From Octopus sinensis (Eukaryota): DNA of 64,000 nucleotides. The stretch covers positions 47,864,001 through 47,928,000 of the forward strand of contig NC_043006.1 of assembly GCF_006345805.1 (NCBI RefSeq), written 5' to 3'. Shown piece after piece: positions 1-15,061 of this stretch. Below the pieces are notes generated by a model. The model was not told the DNA's origin. It saw nothing but the letters and a program-made list of their open reading frames with translations, and made no database searches. The stretch's first letter is position 1. Every line of letters begins with the position of its first letter. The position numbers were made by a program, and so were the translations under genes.

Positions 1-1445
1 GCCCTCAGATTTGATATGTAGATACTGACGGTATCAGGGCGTGTATTAGTCTTGAAAAAGTTACAAAAATCGATTCCAGGTGAGAATTCGATTTGGTTTA
101 AATGTTTGACAACTCAGCATCGTCTATTGGACGGGGGCGTTTTGCTCGTATGTAATAATTGAGGGACAGTGCAAATCAAGTGGAATGTAGCTATTTCGTA
201 GGAATAGTTCGTAAGTTGTCAAATTTACAACTCGGGTCTTCTTTGGTACATCTTTGGTACATCACTGGGAATAATCTATTTGCTGTGGCCTCTGTCACCT
301 GTTCACTCTACCAAAGTAAAAAAAAAAAAAAATCTTTCAAACAGACCGTTTATCACTTGCCTTAGTCACAATATAGATATTTGTGTATGATAAAATCTTG
401 TAACTAATCAAAACAAGCCGGTATCTGTACGGAAAATTTTAATAACGCACTTCTTTTCTATAACAATATTCTCTACTTTATATGTAACTAATAAAAGGAT
501 GCTCAGGACACACATTGGCATTTATCTCAGTCAATACATACTGTGCTACATATTATAGCCTGAAATAACTTGGTAAAAAGAACTGTGTTGCAATAATCAG
601 AGTTGAGGATTTTAATAACTATTAAAGCCATATTTCAAAGAAAAATGTAAATATTTGATAAACTTCGCCACACGAGACACCATGAATACATAGTGATGAT
701 ATTAAATATATTAGTTCTTGTAAAGCTTTGCTTATGGTAATACAAAAACATAGACACAAGCATCACGAACATCAGGTTCACACGACATCACTGCGTCACT
801 ATTATCATGATCGCCATGATCATCATCATCATCTTCAGCTGCAGCAACAGTGAAGTCGTTCTCCTTGTTGACATTGCTACCATCATCATAATCTTCCAGG
901 TCGCCGCCGACGCCGCCGTCGTCGAAGTCGTCGTCGCTGACGTATGTTGTTACGGCCACCAGTATCATCATCATCATCATCAACAATGTTATTAAACATG
1001 CCAGTTTCACTGTGATTCCCAAGGCGTTAAAGCAAATAACAGGGAGTCCCTTTATAGCTATTAGTTTCTTTATACGTCTGCTAATGTCTCTGTAGCAAAT
1101 TCTGCCGTGTCTTCTCATGCGATATCAAATATTAAAGAGAATTCTAATGCATTGAGAATAGTTTGCAGTGGTAGAATTATAATTGGAGCATCATTATGAT
1201 ATTTTTCTTTTTTGAGGGTTAGAATATTTCAGATGATGTTTACAGACAAACACAGACTAGTACATACATTTATGTAGAGATATACAAACAAAACAACTAT
1301 ATTCAAATGCAACTCAAAATCATTCCTCAAATTCTCTCTTTTGCTCCCCCCCCCACTCGCACACTGTCTCTTCTACTTTATAAATACGCGCGTACATGTG
1401 TAGAAAGATAGATTGATTCATAGACAAAGATAGAGAATGATAGCT

Positions 1446-1495
<50 letters not shown>

Positions 1496-1767
1496 CAAAA
1501 TTTAGAGGAATGACCACTAATAGTGGACAGCCTGTATGCTAGATAGAGACGTCAAACTCGCCATTTACCACGAAGAATGTGTTCTCAGGAAAAAATTCAG
1601 CAAAAACCAAAGTTTAAAAATAAGACAAATGAAAATATACGAAAAAATTTTAAAAACCATTACCTACGCACTAATTAGTTTCACTTGTTAATATTTACGT
1701 ATATGTAAACATCTGCAAGATCGTCAGCGTAGTCTGTCGTTTACGAAATACAATTTTATATATATAT

Positions 1768-2210
<443 letters not shown>

Positions 2211-2579
2211 TGTGAGTGTATGTAACTGAAGGTAATTATACTAAATTCAGGCCACGAGAGACAGAGAAGATGCTCTCGAAACTGGGAATTTGAACTTACG
2301 GTGACAATATTTGCATATCACCTGAGGAGCCACAACTTGATATCATAATACAGGGAAACGGTTGCATAATCAAGAACCTGAACGCATGGAGAACCACGTT
2401 GCGCGGAAACAATCGCAGTGATTAGAAAATTAATCTCCAACTCCCTGCTCACTCCAAACTTTTCCGTTATCTATTCACACACGACAGATGCTCAAACGCA
2501 AACGTGGAGGTAGGTATGATACTACTACTGGATAGCACAGGGTAAATCTGAAGGTGGACGAGCTTAAGAAAATATGCCA

Positions 2580-2582
<3 letters not shown>

Positions 2583-2625
<43 letters not shown>

Positions 2626-2643
2626 CTTGCATACATACATACA

Positions 2644-2679
<36 letters not shown>

Positions 2680-2970
2680 TATATATTTCATGTCATGGCA
2701 CTCGCCATGATTGATCGGTAGCCATTGCGCACATTCGTTTCTCTCCTTGTTTCTTTCTGTGTTCCTTTCCGTGGAAGGGTGTAGGCTCGAAATGTTAAAT
2801 ACTTTTTCTATTCCCGTGCGTTATATACATACATACATACATACATACATACATACATACGTACATACATACGTACATACATACATACATACATACATAC
2901 ATACATACATACATACATACATACATACATACATACTACATACATACTAACATACATACTAACATACATA
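2583..2970. repeat. (TA)n/(CATA)n microsatellites surrounding a Penelope-type pLTR fragment (about 2715-2820)
   Basis: CATA tracts at about 2630-2670 and 2820-2970. The intervening sequence matches 39482-39600. Confidence 0.85.
2765..2800 (+). ncRNA. Degenerate minimal hammerhead motif (CUGUGGA family)
   Basis: cttt-CCGTGGA-a-gggt gtag gctc-GAAA-tg-tt-aaat; a mutated copy of 39534-39569. Confidence 0.45.
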
Positions 2971-3803
2971 CATGTAAATAGACAGGCTTGTGTATAAGAG
3001 TTTAAAAATACATGAAGTTATTCCGCACTGTTTCAATTCACGAGATACTATTGACAAGATTAACGAACGACCGATGACATCACAGAAGACGAACTGCTAC
3101 GAACTGAACCCGGAACTGCATTCTTGCGAAACGACCTTCATATCTACTTAAATATCTTTCATTACTAAGTACACATCTAAATATTGTATGCCACTTAGTA
3201 TGATACGCGAACATTTCTTCTGCTTTGTTTACAATCATACTTAGAACAAATTACAATCTTCAAGATTATGGATTTGCGTAAAAATGCATACTATGATTTG
3301 ATACAGATAACCAACAGGGATTTACATGTGAAATATGGTGATGGTTTTACTACTTTTCTCTATCCAATTCATTCCCTATTCATTTTAAAATATTAACAGA
3401 TTTGTTTTTTATTAAATCCAGTTTTCTACGTATTTATCTTTCCTTTTATCTTGTACTACGTAATTCTTTTGTATGTGTACTTACTGATCAAGAATCTTTG
3501 AAACGTCATATACGATATATATATATATATATATATATTTATACAGACACGCACACATACAGAAATAAACGTCTGTCCTTATAAATATACGTAAGTGTAT
3601 GCATACGATTGTATATGTGCGTGTGTGTTTGACTAACACTTGCCGCTTATTCTTTCTTTCGTAAGATGTGTCGCATAATTCAATGTTAATGCGATTTCTT
3701 ATTTCTTAAAGATTTCATAAAAAGCCCACGCACATTATATACATTAACAGAAAATATACATACATTTACAAAGTTATGCACGTGTATATATATATATATA
3801 TAT

Positions 3804-3865
<62 letters not shown>

Positions 3866-3949
3866 TATATATATATATGTATGTATATATATATCTGCGT
3901 CTGTGTCTATGTATATATATATAGATGTATGCATGTCTATATGTATATG

Positions 3950-3992
<43 letters not shown>

Positions 3993-4679
3993 ATATACAT
4001 ATATAAGCATCTATTTGAAGATAAGTGTAAGAATCAAACTATAAAATGATTACTATCAACTTTTCTATGAGTGTATATGCTTCCATGTACACGCACTCCT
4101 ATATACACTCACATGAGTGTGTGCCTCGTGTGTGCGTGCGCATGCTTGTGCATGTGTGCGTGTATGCGTGTGTGTTTGTGTGTGTGTATGAACGAAATAG
4201 CGGTGCGAGAAACTGTCTATAAAACCGTAGATGTTTCGAAGTTTCTTCAATTTCTAATCATTCTTTATCGCTCGTTATTTCATCTCAAATATTCTTTTTT
4301 TTTTTTTAATGCTGGTATGTGTTTTTGTTTTCTTTTATTCTTGATTCTTATGAAAATTTTCAAAAGAAATAAATGAAAAGCGGAATGTAAAGAATAAAAG
4401 TATCAATAAAAACTGAATATAATCTCTAACCAATCCAATACAATATTTCCTGATATTTCCAAAGTAATTCTTTATTCTTCGAAGATACAAAGTAATATTC
4501 ATTCTCGTCCTTTTATTCATTTCAATATGTCTGTATATGAGCTCGTGCCGTCTGTGTGTCTATATATGCACCTGTGTGTATGTGGGTGTATGTATGTGTG
4601 TGCGTGTATGTGTACGTACGTGTGCATAAGTGGAGTGAAACATCTGATCTATTTTCCACTCAATATATCGGCAATAAAT

Positions 4680-4685
4680 TTGTTG

Positions 4686-4738
<53 letters not shown>

Positions 4739-4903
4739 GCTATTATTATCATCATCATTATTATTAATATTATTGTTGTTGTTGTTGTTGTTATTATTAT
4801 TATTATTAATATTATTATTATTATATTATTATTATTATTATTATTATTATATTATTATTATTATTATTATTATATTATTATATTATTATTATTATTATTA
4901 TTA

Positions 4904-4938
<35 letters not shown>

Positions 4939-5105
4939 CATTATTATTATTATTATTATTATTGGCGTCTTTGTTACGCTCGTTGTACTTGTTGTTATTA
5001 TTATTATTATTATTATATTATATTATTATATTATTATTATTATTGCTATTATTATCATCATCATTATTATTAATATTATTGTTGTTGTTGTTGTTGTTAT
5101 TATTA

Positions 5106-5137
<32 letters not shown>

Positions 5138-5173
5138 ATTATTATTATTATTATATTATTATTATTATTATTA

Positions 5174-5206
<33 letters not shown>

Positions 5207-5330
5207 GGCGTCTTTGTTACGCTCGTTGTACTTGTTGTTCTTATTTTTATCACATTCACCGTCGCCCTCACCATCATCGTTCGTATTATTATTATTATTA
5301 TTAAAGCGTTCGAATTAATTATTATTAATA
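4680..5330. repeat. Compound (ATT)n/(GTT)n microsatellite with internal higher-order duplication
   Basis: The unique spacer attggcgtctttgttacgctcgttgtacttgttgtt occurs at about 4961 and 5204. Confidence 0.95.
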
Positions 5331-5814
5331 TTATTTATGCTATCTTCATCTTTAATGTTCTTTTCGTTATCATTGATATTGACGTTGATATTATTTGTCA
5401 ATTGATAGATTATATAATGTCGTTGTTGATTGAATATTTTTACAATATTGATTTTAATGCATCTGTCTGTAGCTGCCTTTGTTTATTTCTCATATATCAT
5501 ATTTTCTTTTTTTCATATTACGACAGTGACAACATGTTCAACAAAACTTGTATATATATAAATCATCCTGACTTGAGATAAAACTTTTAAAGCACTCTTT
5601 CACAATGATACGAAATTCTACACTTACCACTGCATAAACTTATATCATTACATTTATTATAGCTAAAGTTATATTTTTTTTTCTGAAGTTTATCATGTTT
5701 TCTACAATTGCTATCGTGTTAACATTTATCATTGTATACATTACATAATAAATTACAATCAGTCGTCACCCAGGAACGAGCGTATGTCATGCTTTAGTTA
5801 TTTTAAATTGCAAT

Positions 5815-5850
<36 letters not shown>

Positions 5851-5854
<4 letters not shown>

Positions 5855-6260
5855 TTACTCTTTTACTCGTTTCAGTCTTTTTGACTGCGGCCATGCTGGA
5901 GCACCGCCTTTAGTCGAGCAAATCGACCCCAGGACTTATTCTTTGTAAGCCTAGTACTTTTTCTATGGGTTTCTTTTGCCAAACCGCTAAGTTACGGAGA
6001 CGTAAACACACCAGCATCAGTTGTCTAGCGATGTTGGGGGAGGGGCGGGGCACACATACAAACATATACATACATGCATATATATATGTTTACATATATA
6101 CGATGGGATTCTTTCAGTTTCCACCTACCAAATCCACTCACAAGGATTTGGTCGGCCCGAGGCTATAGTAGAAATCACTTGCCCAAGCTGCTACGCAGTG
6201 GGACTGTACCCGGAACCATGTGGTTGGTAAGCAAGCTACTTACCACACACCACTCCTATG
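5851..6260 (-). mobile_element. tRNA-derived SINE, family A (octopus OK/OR-like)
   Basis: Shared blocks gctggagcaccgcctttagtcgagcaaatcgacc and ggtcggcccgaggctatagtagaa, with a tRNA-like head at the right end. More than ten copies in the window. Confidence 0.9.
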
Positions 6261-6324
6261 TCACGCAATCTCCTCTCCTTTGGTCCATCGTAACATCCAG
6301 GACATCATTATTAGAGAGAAAGAT

Positions 6325-6760
6325 TAGGCAGCGAGTCGACGGAATCGTTAGCGTGCTGGCGAAATGCCTAGTGGTATTTCGCCCGTCGTTACGTTCTGAG
6401 TTCAAATTCCGCCGAAGTCGACTTTGCGTTTCATCCTTTTGGGGTCGATAAATCAAATACCAGTTGCGTACTGGGTTCAATCTAATCGACTATCTCCTTC
6501 CCCAAAATTTTGGACCTTGTGCCTAGAGTAGAAAAGGATATCATTATTAGAGAGGAAGGTAAAGCGGCGAGCTGGCAGAATCGCTTAGTGGTATTTCAGC
6601 CGTCGTTACGTTCTGAATTCAAATTCCACCGAGGTCGACTTTGTCTTTTGTCCTATCGGAGTCGATAAAGTAAGTACCAGTGAAACACTGGCATCGATGT
6701 AATCGACTAGTCCACTTCCCAAAAATTCCGGGCCTCGTGCCTATAGTAAAAGGGATTATT
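6325..6760 (+). mobile_element. Two adjacent tRNA-derived SINEs, family B (type-1 tail)
   Basis: Each has ggcgagctggcagaatcgttag...gttctgagttcaaattcc (B-box-like)...ggggtcgataaa. Confidence 0.85.
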
Positions 6761-7009
6761 AGAGAGAAAGGTGTGAAGGAGAAAGCGAGGCGCAGAGAGA
6801 GAGAGAGAGGTTCAGTGAGAGAGGTCGAGGCTGCACCAGCAACATGGCTGGGATCCATTACTGCTTAACATATTGAAGCAATAGGAAATGCAACACTTTC
6901 CCGAAGGACGCAAGTCCTACCTGATTCAGAATTTAAACCCAAAGTCTTATGACCATGAATTGTACACCTTAACCACTAGGCCACGTGACTTCGCATACAC
7001 AAGTAAAAG

Positions 7010-7335
7010 CAGCACTTCGTCGGTTGCAACGACGAGGGTCTCAGCTGATACGATCAACGGAGCAGTTTGCTCGTGAATTTAACGTGTAAGTGGTTGAGCA
7101 CTCCACAAACACGTGTACCCTTAACGTAGTTCTCGGGGAGATTCAGCGTGGCGCAATGTGTGACAAGGCTTGCCATTTTGAAATACAGGTACTACTAATT
7201 TTTGCCAGTTCAGTGAACTGGAGCAACGTAAAATAAAGTGTCTTGCTCAAGGACACAACGCGCCGCTGGGAATTGAACTCACGACCTTACGATCCTGAGC
7301 CGAATGCCCCTAACCACTAAGCCACGCGCCTTCAC
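7010..7335 (-). mobile_element. tRNA-derived SINE, family C
   Basis: Head (rc) gtgaaggcgcgtggcttagtggttaggg...gtgagttcaattccc; body shared with 15524-15852 and 17402-18142. Confidence 0.9.
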
Positions 7336-8650
7336 GCATACACAAGTACTGATAGATCGACAGGAACATATAATACATCGTTTTATATGTAAAATTTATA
7401 AACCAACGTGTACTTGAAATAGCAGCTAATTCTATTGCAGGGAAAATGAACGATACATTTCTTAATGTTATGCTGACTGAAATTTAGCAAAAAGCCAAAC
7501 GTATTTTAATAGAAATTAGTGCTCGTGTTCTCGATAAACTATCGTCTGTTTTTTTTTTGTTTTGTTTTCTTTTTGTATGAATCTCCCTTCAGCTTCGATG
7601 GTCGCTTCAACATATGACTGCACTAACTGGCTGTCATTCACTCCTGACATTAGATGGACAATGGCAGCATGCAGTAAACTGCATTCAAAAACGCTCCAAA
7701 CTTAGTAGTCCATGAGATTTAATTATGGTTAAATTGGAAGGCGACAAGTTTGGTGTTACGTGATTGTATTGATTATCTGATATCCATTCTTGACTTGCAT
7801 GGAATTTGTGAAGAGTTCCTGGAACATGTTGATATGTTGATATGTGGATGGCTTGCCACAGTGTACGTACCTCATCAGCAGCACTTCAATGATTCCAGCA
7901 GTATTGGTTTTTCTGTCTCTGTGTGTATGTCTATATGTGTTGTAAATTGATAAAGATAGATAGGCATAGAAAGCTAGGTAGACATAGAAAGATAGACAAA
8001 TAGATGCACCCCGCCACACATATATGTAAGTATCTAAGTATCTATGTGTATATAAACATTCAATAACGGTTGTGCATATGTTAATATAGAGTGCATATTG
8101 ACCATTATTTCAATAAGTGCTAGTTTAATCAGAAGGTGCATAGCGTTTTATTGAATAATATTTTCTTCATTCCACCTATATAAGTTGTCTGATCGAGAAC
8201 CGGTAAATGCTTGGTGAGCCGTTTGAACGATTTCTTTTGTGTTCGATTTTGCATATGTGTTGTAAACAATGTTATGATTAAACAGGAGAATTGATCTTTA
8301 ACTAATTTCTATTCAAGCTAGGAATCAAACTGATAGCTGAAATTGGTTTCTAACAAAGAAAATATGCTTTTGCATAAAATCAGACATGTTGAGGTTTTTA
8401 ATTATTTCGTGACGAAATCTGTCCTATCGATTTATTTGCAATTGTATCTATTTTCTGTATCGGTTTGTCAATCTAACTACACACACATATTCAAATCAAT
8501 AAATGTACATATTTACGCCCAATATATTTATATATGTAGGCGTGTATGCATAGAAAGAATACAGGAACCTCAACTGGAAAGCATAAACAGTTGTTAAACA
8601 CAATAGGTGAGCATCTTTTAAACAACACTCAATCTGCTAAAACTGAATAT

Positions 8651-8737
<87 letters not shown>

Positions 8738-8793
8738 CGTTTTTGGATTTGGTTTGCAAGATTCTTTATATGAGTTCGTGTGTTGAAGCATAT

Positions 8794-8965
8794 CTGTTGT
8801 ATCTGGGGAGAATCATTTTCTTTTTGTGCCTTATAAAGTAACACACCGGTAAAATTTCCACTTATTTCTTATTTTTATTTTTATAAGAAATATGTGGAAA
8901 AGTTTTCACTGGTGAGTGTGTTACATTATAAGGCACAAAAAGAAAATGACTCTCCCCAGACAACA

Positions 8966-8966
<1 letters not shown>
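8794..8966. repeat. Fold-back inverted repeat, arms about 78 bp
   Basis: ctggggagaatcattttctttttgtgccttataa...ttataaggcacaaaaagaaaatgactctccccag. Confidence 0.9.
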
Positions 8967-9029
<63 letters not shown>

Positions 9030-9129
9030 TAATCGAACCCTACCGTAGGATAACTACGATTAAATATATCAGGAAAAGACCACAGATGAAACGATTTACT
9101 GAAGAATCGATTCCATTTGAGCTGCTCAG

Positions 9130-9136
<7 letters not shown>

Positions 9137-9169
<33 letters not shown>

Positions 9170-9445
9170 TACTGCTGCTGTTGCTGCTATCATTACCACT
9201 GGTGCTACCGCTACGTCTACTGATATTACTACTCCTTCAACTCCTCTTTTGCAGCTGCTGCTGCTACTACTATTACTAATACTCCTGCTACTGTTAAAAA
9301 TGACTGTTGCTGATACTACCACTACCATCACTACTGCTGCTGTTGCTACGACTGTTGCACGTGTTACTATTTCTCCTAACATAACTACTAATAAAACTGC
9401 TGCTGCTATTACTACTACTACTACTACTATTACTACATCAACATG
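9137..9445. repeat. (CTA)n/(CTG)n degenerate trinucleotide tract
   Basis: Direct reading. Confidence 0.9.
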
Positions 9446-9834
9446 AGCAACATCTGCAACACCTGAAAATTATTAGGTTTATGATAGACTTTCGATATGG
9501 TTACTTGCTCTGTTGGAAATGGTAATCCGAATTCGATTTTAAAGGCTTCTTTGACATATCTAAAACGAACGAGATCTACTCAAAAGGAAGACGTAACATT
9601 TAGATATCGCGCCTACCACAGAGAAGAGATGACTCAACCACCACCGGATTGTCGATTGAAGCAAAGCTAATCCGGTTACTCAGCAAAACTAGAATCATCA
9701 CCGACCTTTATATAAGCAGCTACCCTAACAAAACTATCACACACCAAACTGCCACTCTCGAAAGAGCAATAACAACGCAGCTTTAGATTGCACAATGTCA
9801 GTCTAAGCTGACAGCACAATGGAAGATTTACAAT

Positions 9835-9872
<38 letters not shown>

Positions 9873-10127
9873 TAAACTGCTTTATTGTTGATATTTCTTT
9901 AATGGTAAAAGGATGTTTTATTTCAAGCAAGATGTCACACACTCATATTCGTACACACAATCACGCCTATATATATATATATATATTCACAAGGAAATGC
10001 ATTTCTACTATCAAATATATACATGCACTTCACGATAAGAGCAAAATACTTAGACCATATTTAAGCAAGCATTCGTACGTTTGTTTTATATCTGTATGTG
10101 TATATGTATACATGCTCCTGAACGAGC

Positions 10128-10185
<58 letters not shown>

Positions 10186-10319
10186 ATGCATGTATGTATT
10201 TGTGGGTATGCATTTGTATATATGCATACACATACATGCCGCTCGGGAAAAGCAGATGTCATCAATTGCATAAGCTGTAGGTACATATCTAAATCTACGC
10301 TATCAAGGAGACATTTCTA

Positions 10320-10341
10320 CCTGCTGCTGCTGTAGCTACTG

Positions 10342-10387
<46 letters not shown>

Positions 10388-10452
10388 AACTACTACTACT
10401 ACTATTACTACTACTACTACTAATACTAATACTAATACTAATACTACTACAG
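10320..10452. repeat. (CTA)n microsatellite
   Basis: Direct reading. Confidence 0.95.
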
Positions 10453-10486
10453 GTCACTGTCACCCAACAATTATGGATGTAAAATA

Positions 10487-11052
10487 TTGGGTTGTCCGGA
10501 AAGTTCCTGCCGATTTATAGTAGCTTAGCTTTCGACTTATTTTAGAAAATGGTTGAGTCCATAAAATAGGATTTGACTACACCTCCATTTAGAGCACAGT
10601 TTAAGCTATCTTTTCGGAGAAGAAGGTTTATGTTCCAACAACCTATGTTAATTCTGTAATCCTTTAAAATGGAAGATAAGAATGTTCATTTTCGGCACTT
10701 GATGCTTTGGGAACCAGACACAAATTGCTTCAGCTCGGGTGGGATGTTTTACCCCACCCTCCATATTCACCAGATATTGCTCCTTCGGATTTTCACTTAT
10801 TCAGGTCTCTGCAGATTAGTCTTATTGGCAAAACTTTCAATTCCTTATTTGACGTAAATAGATACCTTGATGAATTCTTTGCCAAGAAACCACATCAATT
10901 CTGGGAAGAGGTTATTTTCAAGTTAAAAGAAAGATAGAGACGCATTGTACAACAAAATGGTTCATATTTGATAAATTAAAAATGTAATGGCAAGTATTTA
11001 TTGACCTTTTTCTTTCCTTTAAAAATCGGCACGAACTTTCCGGACAACCCAA
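10487..11052 (+). mobile_element. Internally deleted mariner element (DD34D type)
   Basis: TIRs ttgggttgtccggaaagttc(c)tgccgattt / aaatcggcacgaactttccggacaacccaa, TA on both sides. Encodes N-terminal MEDKNVHFRHLML fused to C-terminal LGWDVLPHPPYSPDIAPSDFHLFRSL (mariner YSPDLAP motif). Confidence 0.95.
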
Positions 11053-11688
11053 TAATTTAATTTAATTCCTCGTCTGAGAGACAATGTCCAGATATATTTG
11101 CCTCTGAATGAATGCCCTTCTAAACACTCTACACAACATTAAGAACTTTAAACAAGCAAAAAAAAAAAATAATAATAATAATAATGTAAATATTTTCAGC
11201 TCGATAACAAACGCCATTAAGAATTATGATAATATTGCTATGCCAAAATTCTAAATAAGATTATTTCCCCAAACCTTAAGAATGTTAGCTTACCACCTTC
11301 CTGCAATAAAATTGTTATGATTAAGAGTATTTCTCTAAACTGGATTAAGACAATAGATTAAAATAATCAGTGATACACGAAAGATATGTCACAACTAAAA
11401 CCCATAATGAATTAATCCTGCAAAAACTGAGATTGGTTTGATTTGGATAGAAGTCTTAAGCAACCTGAACAATGATATTGAAAAGTCAATTAAACACAAG
11501 AATATCATAGGCGTAGTTCTGTACTCAGCTGGTTTAATAGTATTAATGAGAATTATTTCTTCAATTTTATTTCGATATTCTCTCTCTCTCTCAGCCCATC
11601 AGAGCTCTAGAATTCGCTGACATATACATTAGGCACACACGCACACACACATGCACGCATATATTATATTCTTAGACATACAGACAGC

Positions 11689-11689
<1 letters not shown>

Positions 11690-11759
<70 letters not shown>

Positions 11760-11798
11760 GCAGCTAGCTAAACAGCTAATGGATAGATAAATAGATAG

Positions 11799-11830
<32 letters not shown>

Positions 11831-11962
11831 GGAGAGAGTGAGAGTGAAAGAGACAGACAGACAGATAGAAAGATAGAGAGAGAGAGAGAATGAGGCAGAC
11901 AGACAGATAGAAAGATAGAGAGAGAGACAGACGGGCAGACAGACAGACAGACAGACAGACAA

Positions 11963-12027
<65 letters not shown>
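11690..12027. repeat. (GATA)n/(GA)n/(GACA)n compound microsatellite
   Basis: Direct reading. Confidence 0.95.
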
Positions 12028-12029
<2 letters not shown>

Positions 12030-13599
12030 TAACGTAGAAGTGTAGTGTTGACAATATGTTAATATTCCGTTTATAGTAATCGTACAATAATTGTGTACGT
12101 GAAAAATCTGTACCTTCCAATCATTATTCTGCTCGAATGAAACATTCGGCCTCATTGCTTTATCTGCTTTATCCCACGTTAGCATGGGATAGAATGATAT
12201 TGCCGAAATATGTGATGTGGCTGGCGTATATATCAAAGCTAAAATGGGAACCTTGGTACAGTAAATAGAGGCATATTTTGCGATATTGGATTGGCTGTAA
12301 CCCAAAAGGAATGAATTGCAGTCATATAGAAAAAGCTATATTATTCGCCTTCTTATTAATAGAAATATCAATATCTCATGTTATCGAATATAAGCATCTT
12401 CAACAACGCCATACTGCTCTTCAATGAATTACAAGAATCTAGTGGATTCAGAAACAATATGAAGTGTGGCACAATTTCTGCTATTTAGATACTAGTAAGA
12501 AGAATCGTAGTTCGCTGTTCGCCTATTTTCTTAGACATTCAGTGTGCTATGAAGAGAAACTTCGTAGCTTTAAATATAAGAATTTTTCAAACAAACTTCG
12601 ATATAGGAAATTGTTGAAGCAATTACAACATGATTATTATTACCGATATACTACTAACATAAAGAAAAATAATAACAATTCAAATCACTAAATTAACTAA
12701 ATTAGCTCCATATTTAGACATGAAATCGCATGTCCCATGTAGTATACGAAGGCTGCCTTAATTGAGAGATGCATACCATAACGAAATGTAACATGTTATG
12801 CTGGATGAGAAAACCCTCATACTGAAAAAAATTTAACGTATTCGCAACTACCGAAATGTTAATTTAGCAGTTTCTTTAAATATCGTTTGTTCGCAAAATA
12901 CTTACTGAAAAACTGTAAGATCTTACCAACGCTTGATTGAATGGATCAATACTTAAATATGAAGATGGAACTCTCAGAATATTTCTGACTTCCTCTTTAC
13001 ATTTTCAACCGAGTAATAAATACCCTTGAACTTATGATATATCAATAACCTTCTTTTGTTATTTTTAAGTATTTATCTTTACATACACGCAACAGTAAGA
13101 ATCTTAATGAAAATGCTTGCAAATAGTTTTTGTCTATCCTATTGTAATCTTTCACACTTTAACGTTTAGCTTTCAGTTCTATGTACGGACTGTTCACATT
13201 TCCCTTTCACATCAATCTCTTCCTTAATAATATATGTTTATAAGTTCTTCTCATTTGATATTTTAAAATTCTTCTTATGGACTATTTCTAAATACCTAAC
13301 GATTTTAACTTACATATCACACCGATTATTATATTACGTAACGAATTATTGCTTATATGACTTTTCAATGTAGAATGCAATACCGGAAACTCAGGACAAA
13401 AGCAGCCCTTAAATGTCAAAAATACTCGACAAATTGTTTGAGTTATCGGCTGAAGTATATACTTATAAATCATGCATAAACATTTAAGTAACGATCTATT
13501 ATTTCTAACAGAATCTAACATTTTATACGTGAGCATGTGTACGTGTGAGTGAGTGTATTTTTGCGTGCGTATGTATATATGTATGTGTGTACGTGCGTG

Positions 13600-13647
<48 letters not shown>

Positions 13648-14839
13648 TGTGTGTGGTGTGTATGTGTGTGTGTTGTGTGTGTGTGCGTGCACGTGTCTGT
13701 GTGTCTGTGTGTAACGTAATAGTACTATATGAGAATCTAGAAGTCGTGTTCTAGTTTTTTATTTACCAATGATCTATGAACATTATAACCTTTGAAATGC
13801 ATAATTTTGGTAAATCCATTCGGCAAAAAAAAAATATATATATATACAAATATTATTTAATTTCTGCATTCTACTCACCGTTTACAGGCACTTAAACATA
13901 TAAAGGCTTTCACAGAAACATACTGTGATGCAATTACGTATATACGAAGAAAAAAACATCTGCTGACTAAGCTGTTATACCGAAGAAAAACACGTCATTC
14001 ACAGAACATACGCAAAACGCACTCGCGTAAACAAGGACACACGGCTAAACCGTAATTCATTCCCAGAAGGCATGAAGTGTACACACAGACACACACGTTA
14101 TTTGCGACAAAATACACACATTTAACACAACTTAAATATGAATATCTTCAAACAGCATCGACAAACATACGCCACATCTGAGTTGTGAGACTGAACCATT
14201 TCCTAAGCCAACAATTTCATAACAATTTCCGTGTGTTGTTTGCTAATCTCACTCTGTGACCATTTTCTCTCGTGGCAGCTTTTGAAGTTATCAATTTTTT
14301 TTCTAGTATTATTGGTGACGTTAGTGAAGATGATACGGTCGTGCAGAAAGCGATAGTATTAGTGGTGGTTGTAGTCGTATAAAAATTTATACTAGAGACG
14401 GATATTATTGTCCGTTATGTCAATGGCTGTGTATTCTTCAGAGATACGACTGTTTGTAATGACCGTGTTGAAATTCTTGTTCTGGTACGAGCTGATGTTT
14501 TTTAGTGCGACATATGCCCAGATCAAGCATACATATGAGCAAAGTTAATCCACTCAGGACCTTCCCTATTTATTAGTGGAAGGTTAGGTACACGTGCACT
14601 TTCTATCGTGCAAGAATTTTCGGTAATATCCATTGCCGTCATTGAATTTTGCCGCTTTTGTCTCGCTCGTCGAAAGTATGAGTAAAACTATTTTTGATGG
14701 ACAGAAGCGGAAGAGAAAGAAAAAGCACCGTGTTCAATGAGTGGTAAATACTATATGAATGACTCAACAGGCACATTAACGAGAACATTTATCCTACCTC
14801 TCTCTCCATTTCTCTTTCTCTTCTACACGCATATATAAA

Positions 14840-14887
<48 letters not shown>

Positions 14888-14894
<7 letters not shown>

Positions 14895-14981
14895 GAAAGA
14901 AGGTTTGAAAATGCAATTTAAAAGATGTTTATTTACATAAACATCTTTTAAATTGCATTTTCAAACCTTCTTTCGTATATA
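14888..14981. repeat. Perfect hairpin, about 45-bp arms with a 4-nt loop
   Basis: tatacgaaagaaggtttgaaaatgcaatttaaaagatgtttat-ttac-ataaacatcttttaaattgcattttcaaaccttctttcgtata. Confidence 0.95.
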
Positions 14982-15016
14982 ATTCCACTCGTGCAGTACC
15001 CCACAACTCCACTTTG

Positions 15017-15061
<45 letters not shown>

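Noticed and set aside
732-1118. Acidic D-rich ORF
   Set aside because: It is mostly degenerate (CAT)n/(CGT)n trinucleotide repeat.
2318-2370. CUGAGGA...GAAA hammerhead-like pattern
   Set aside because: Stems I and II do not pair convincingly.
4556-5581. 341-aa ORF and the many YI/CV/LSIY/HT-rich ORFs
   Set aside because: They are translations of (ATT)n, (TA)n, (GT)n, (GATA)n and (CATA)n microsatellites.
7260-7335. tRNA genes at SINE heads
   Set aside because: They have A/B boxes but no complete cloverleaf and continue into SINE bodies.
7860-7885. Minus-strand CUGAUGAG
   Set aside because: No GAAA or stem III follows.
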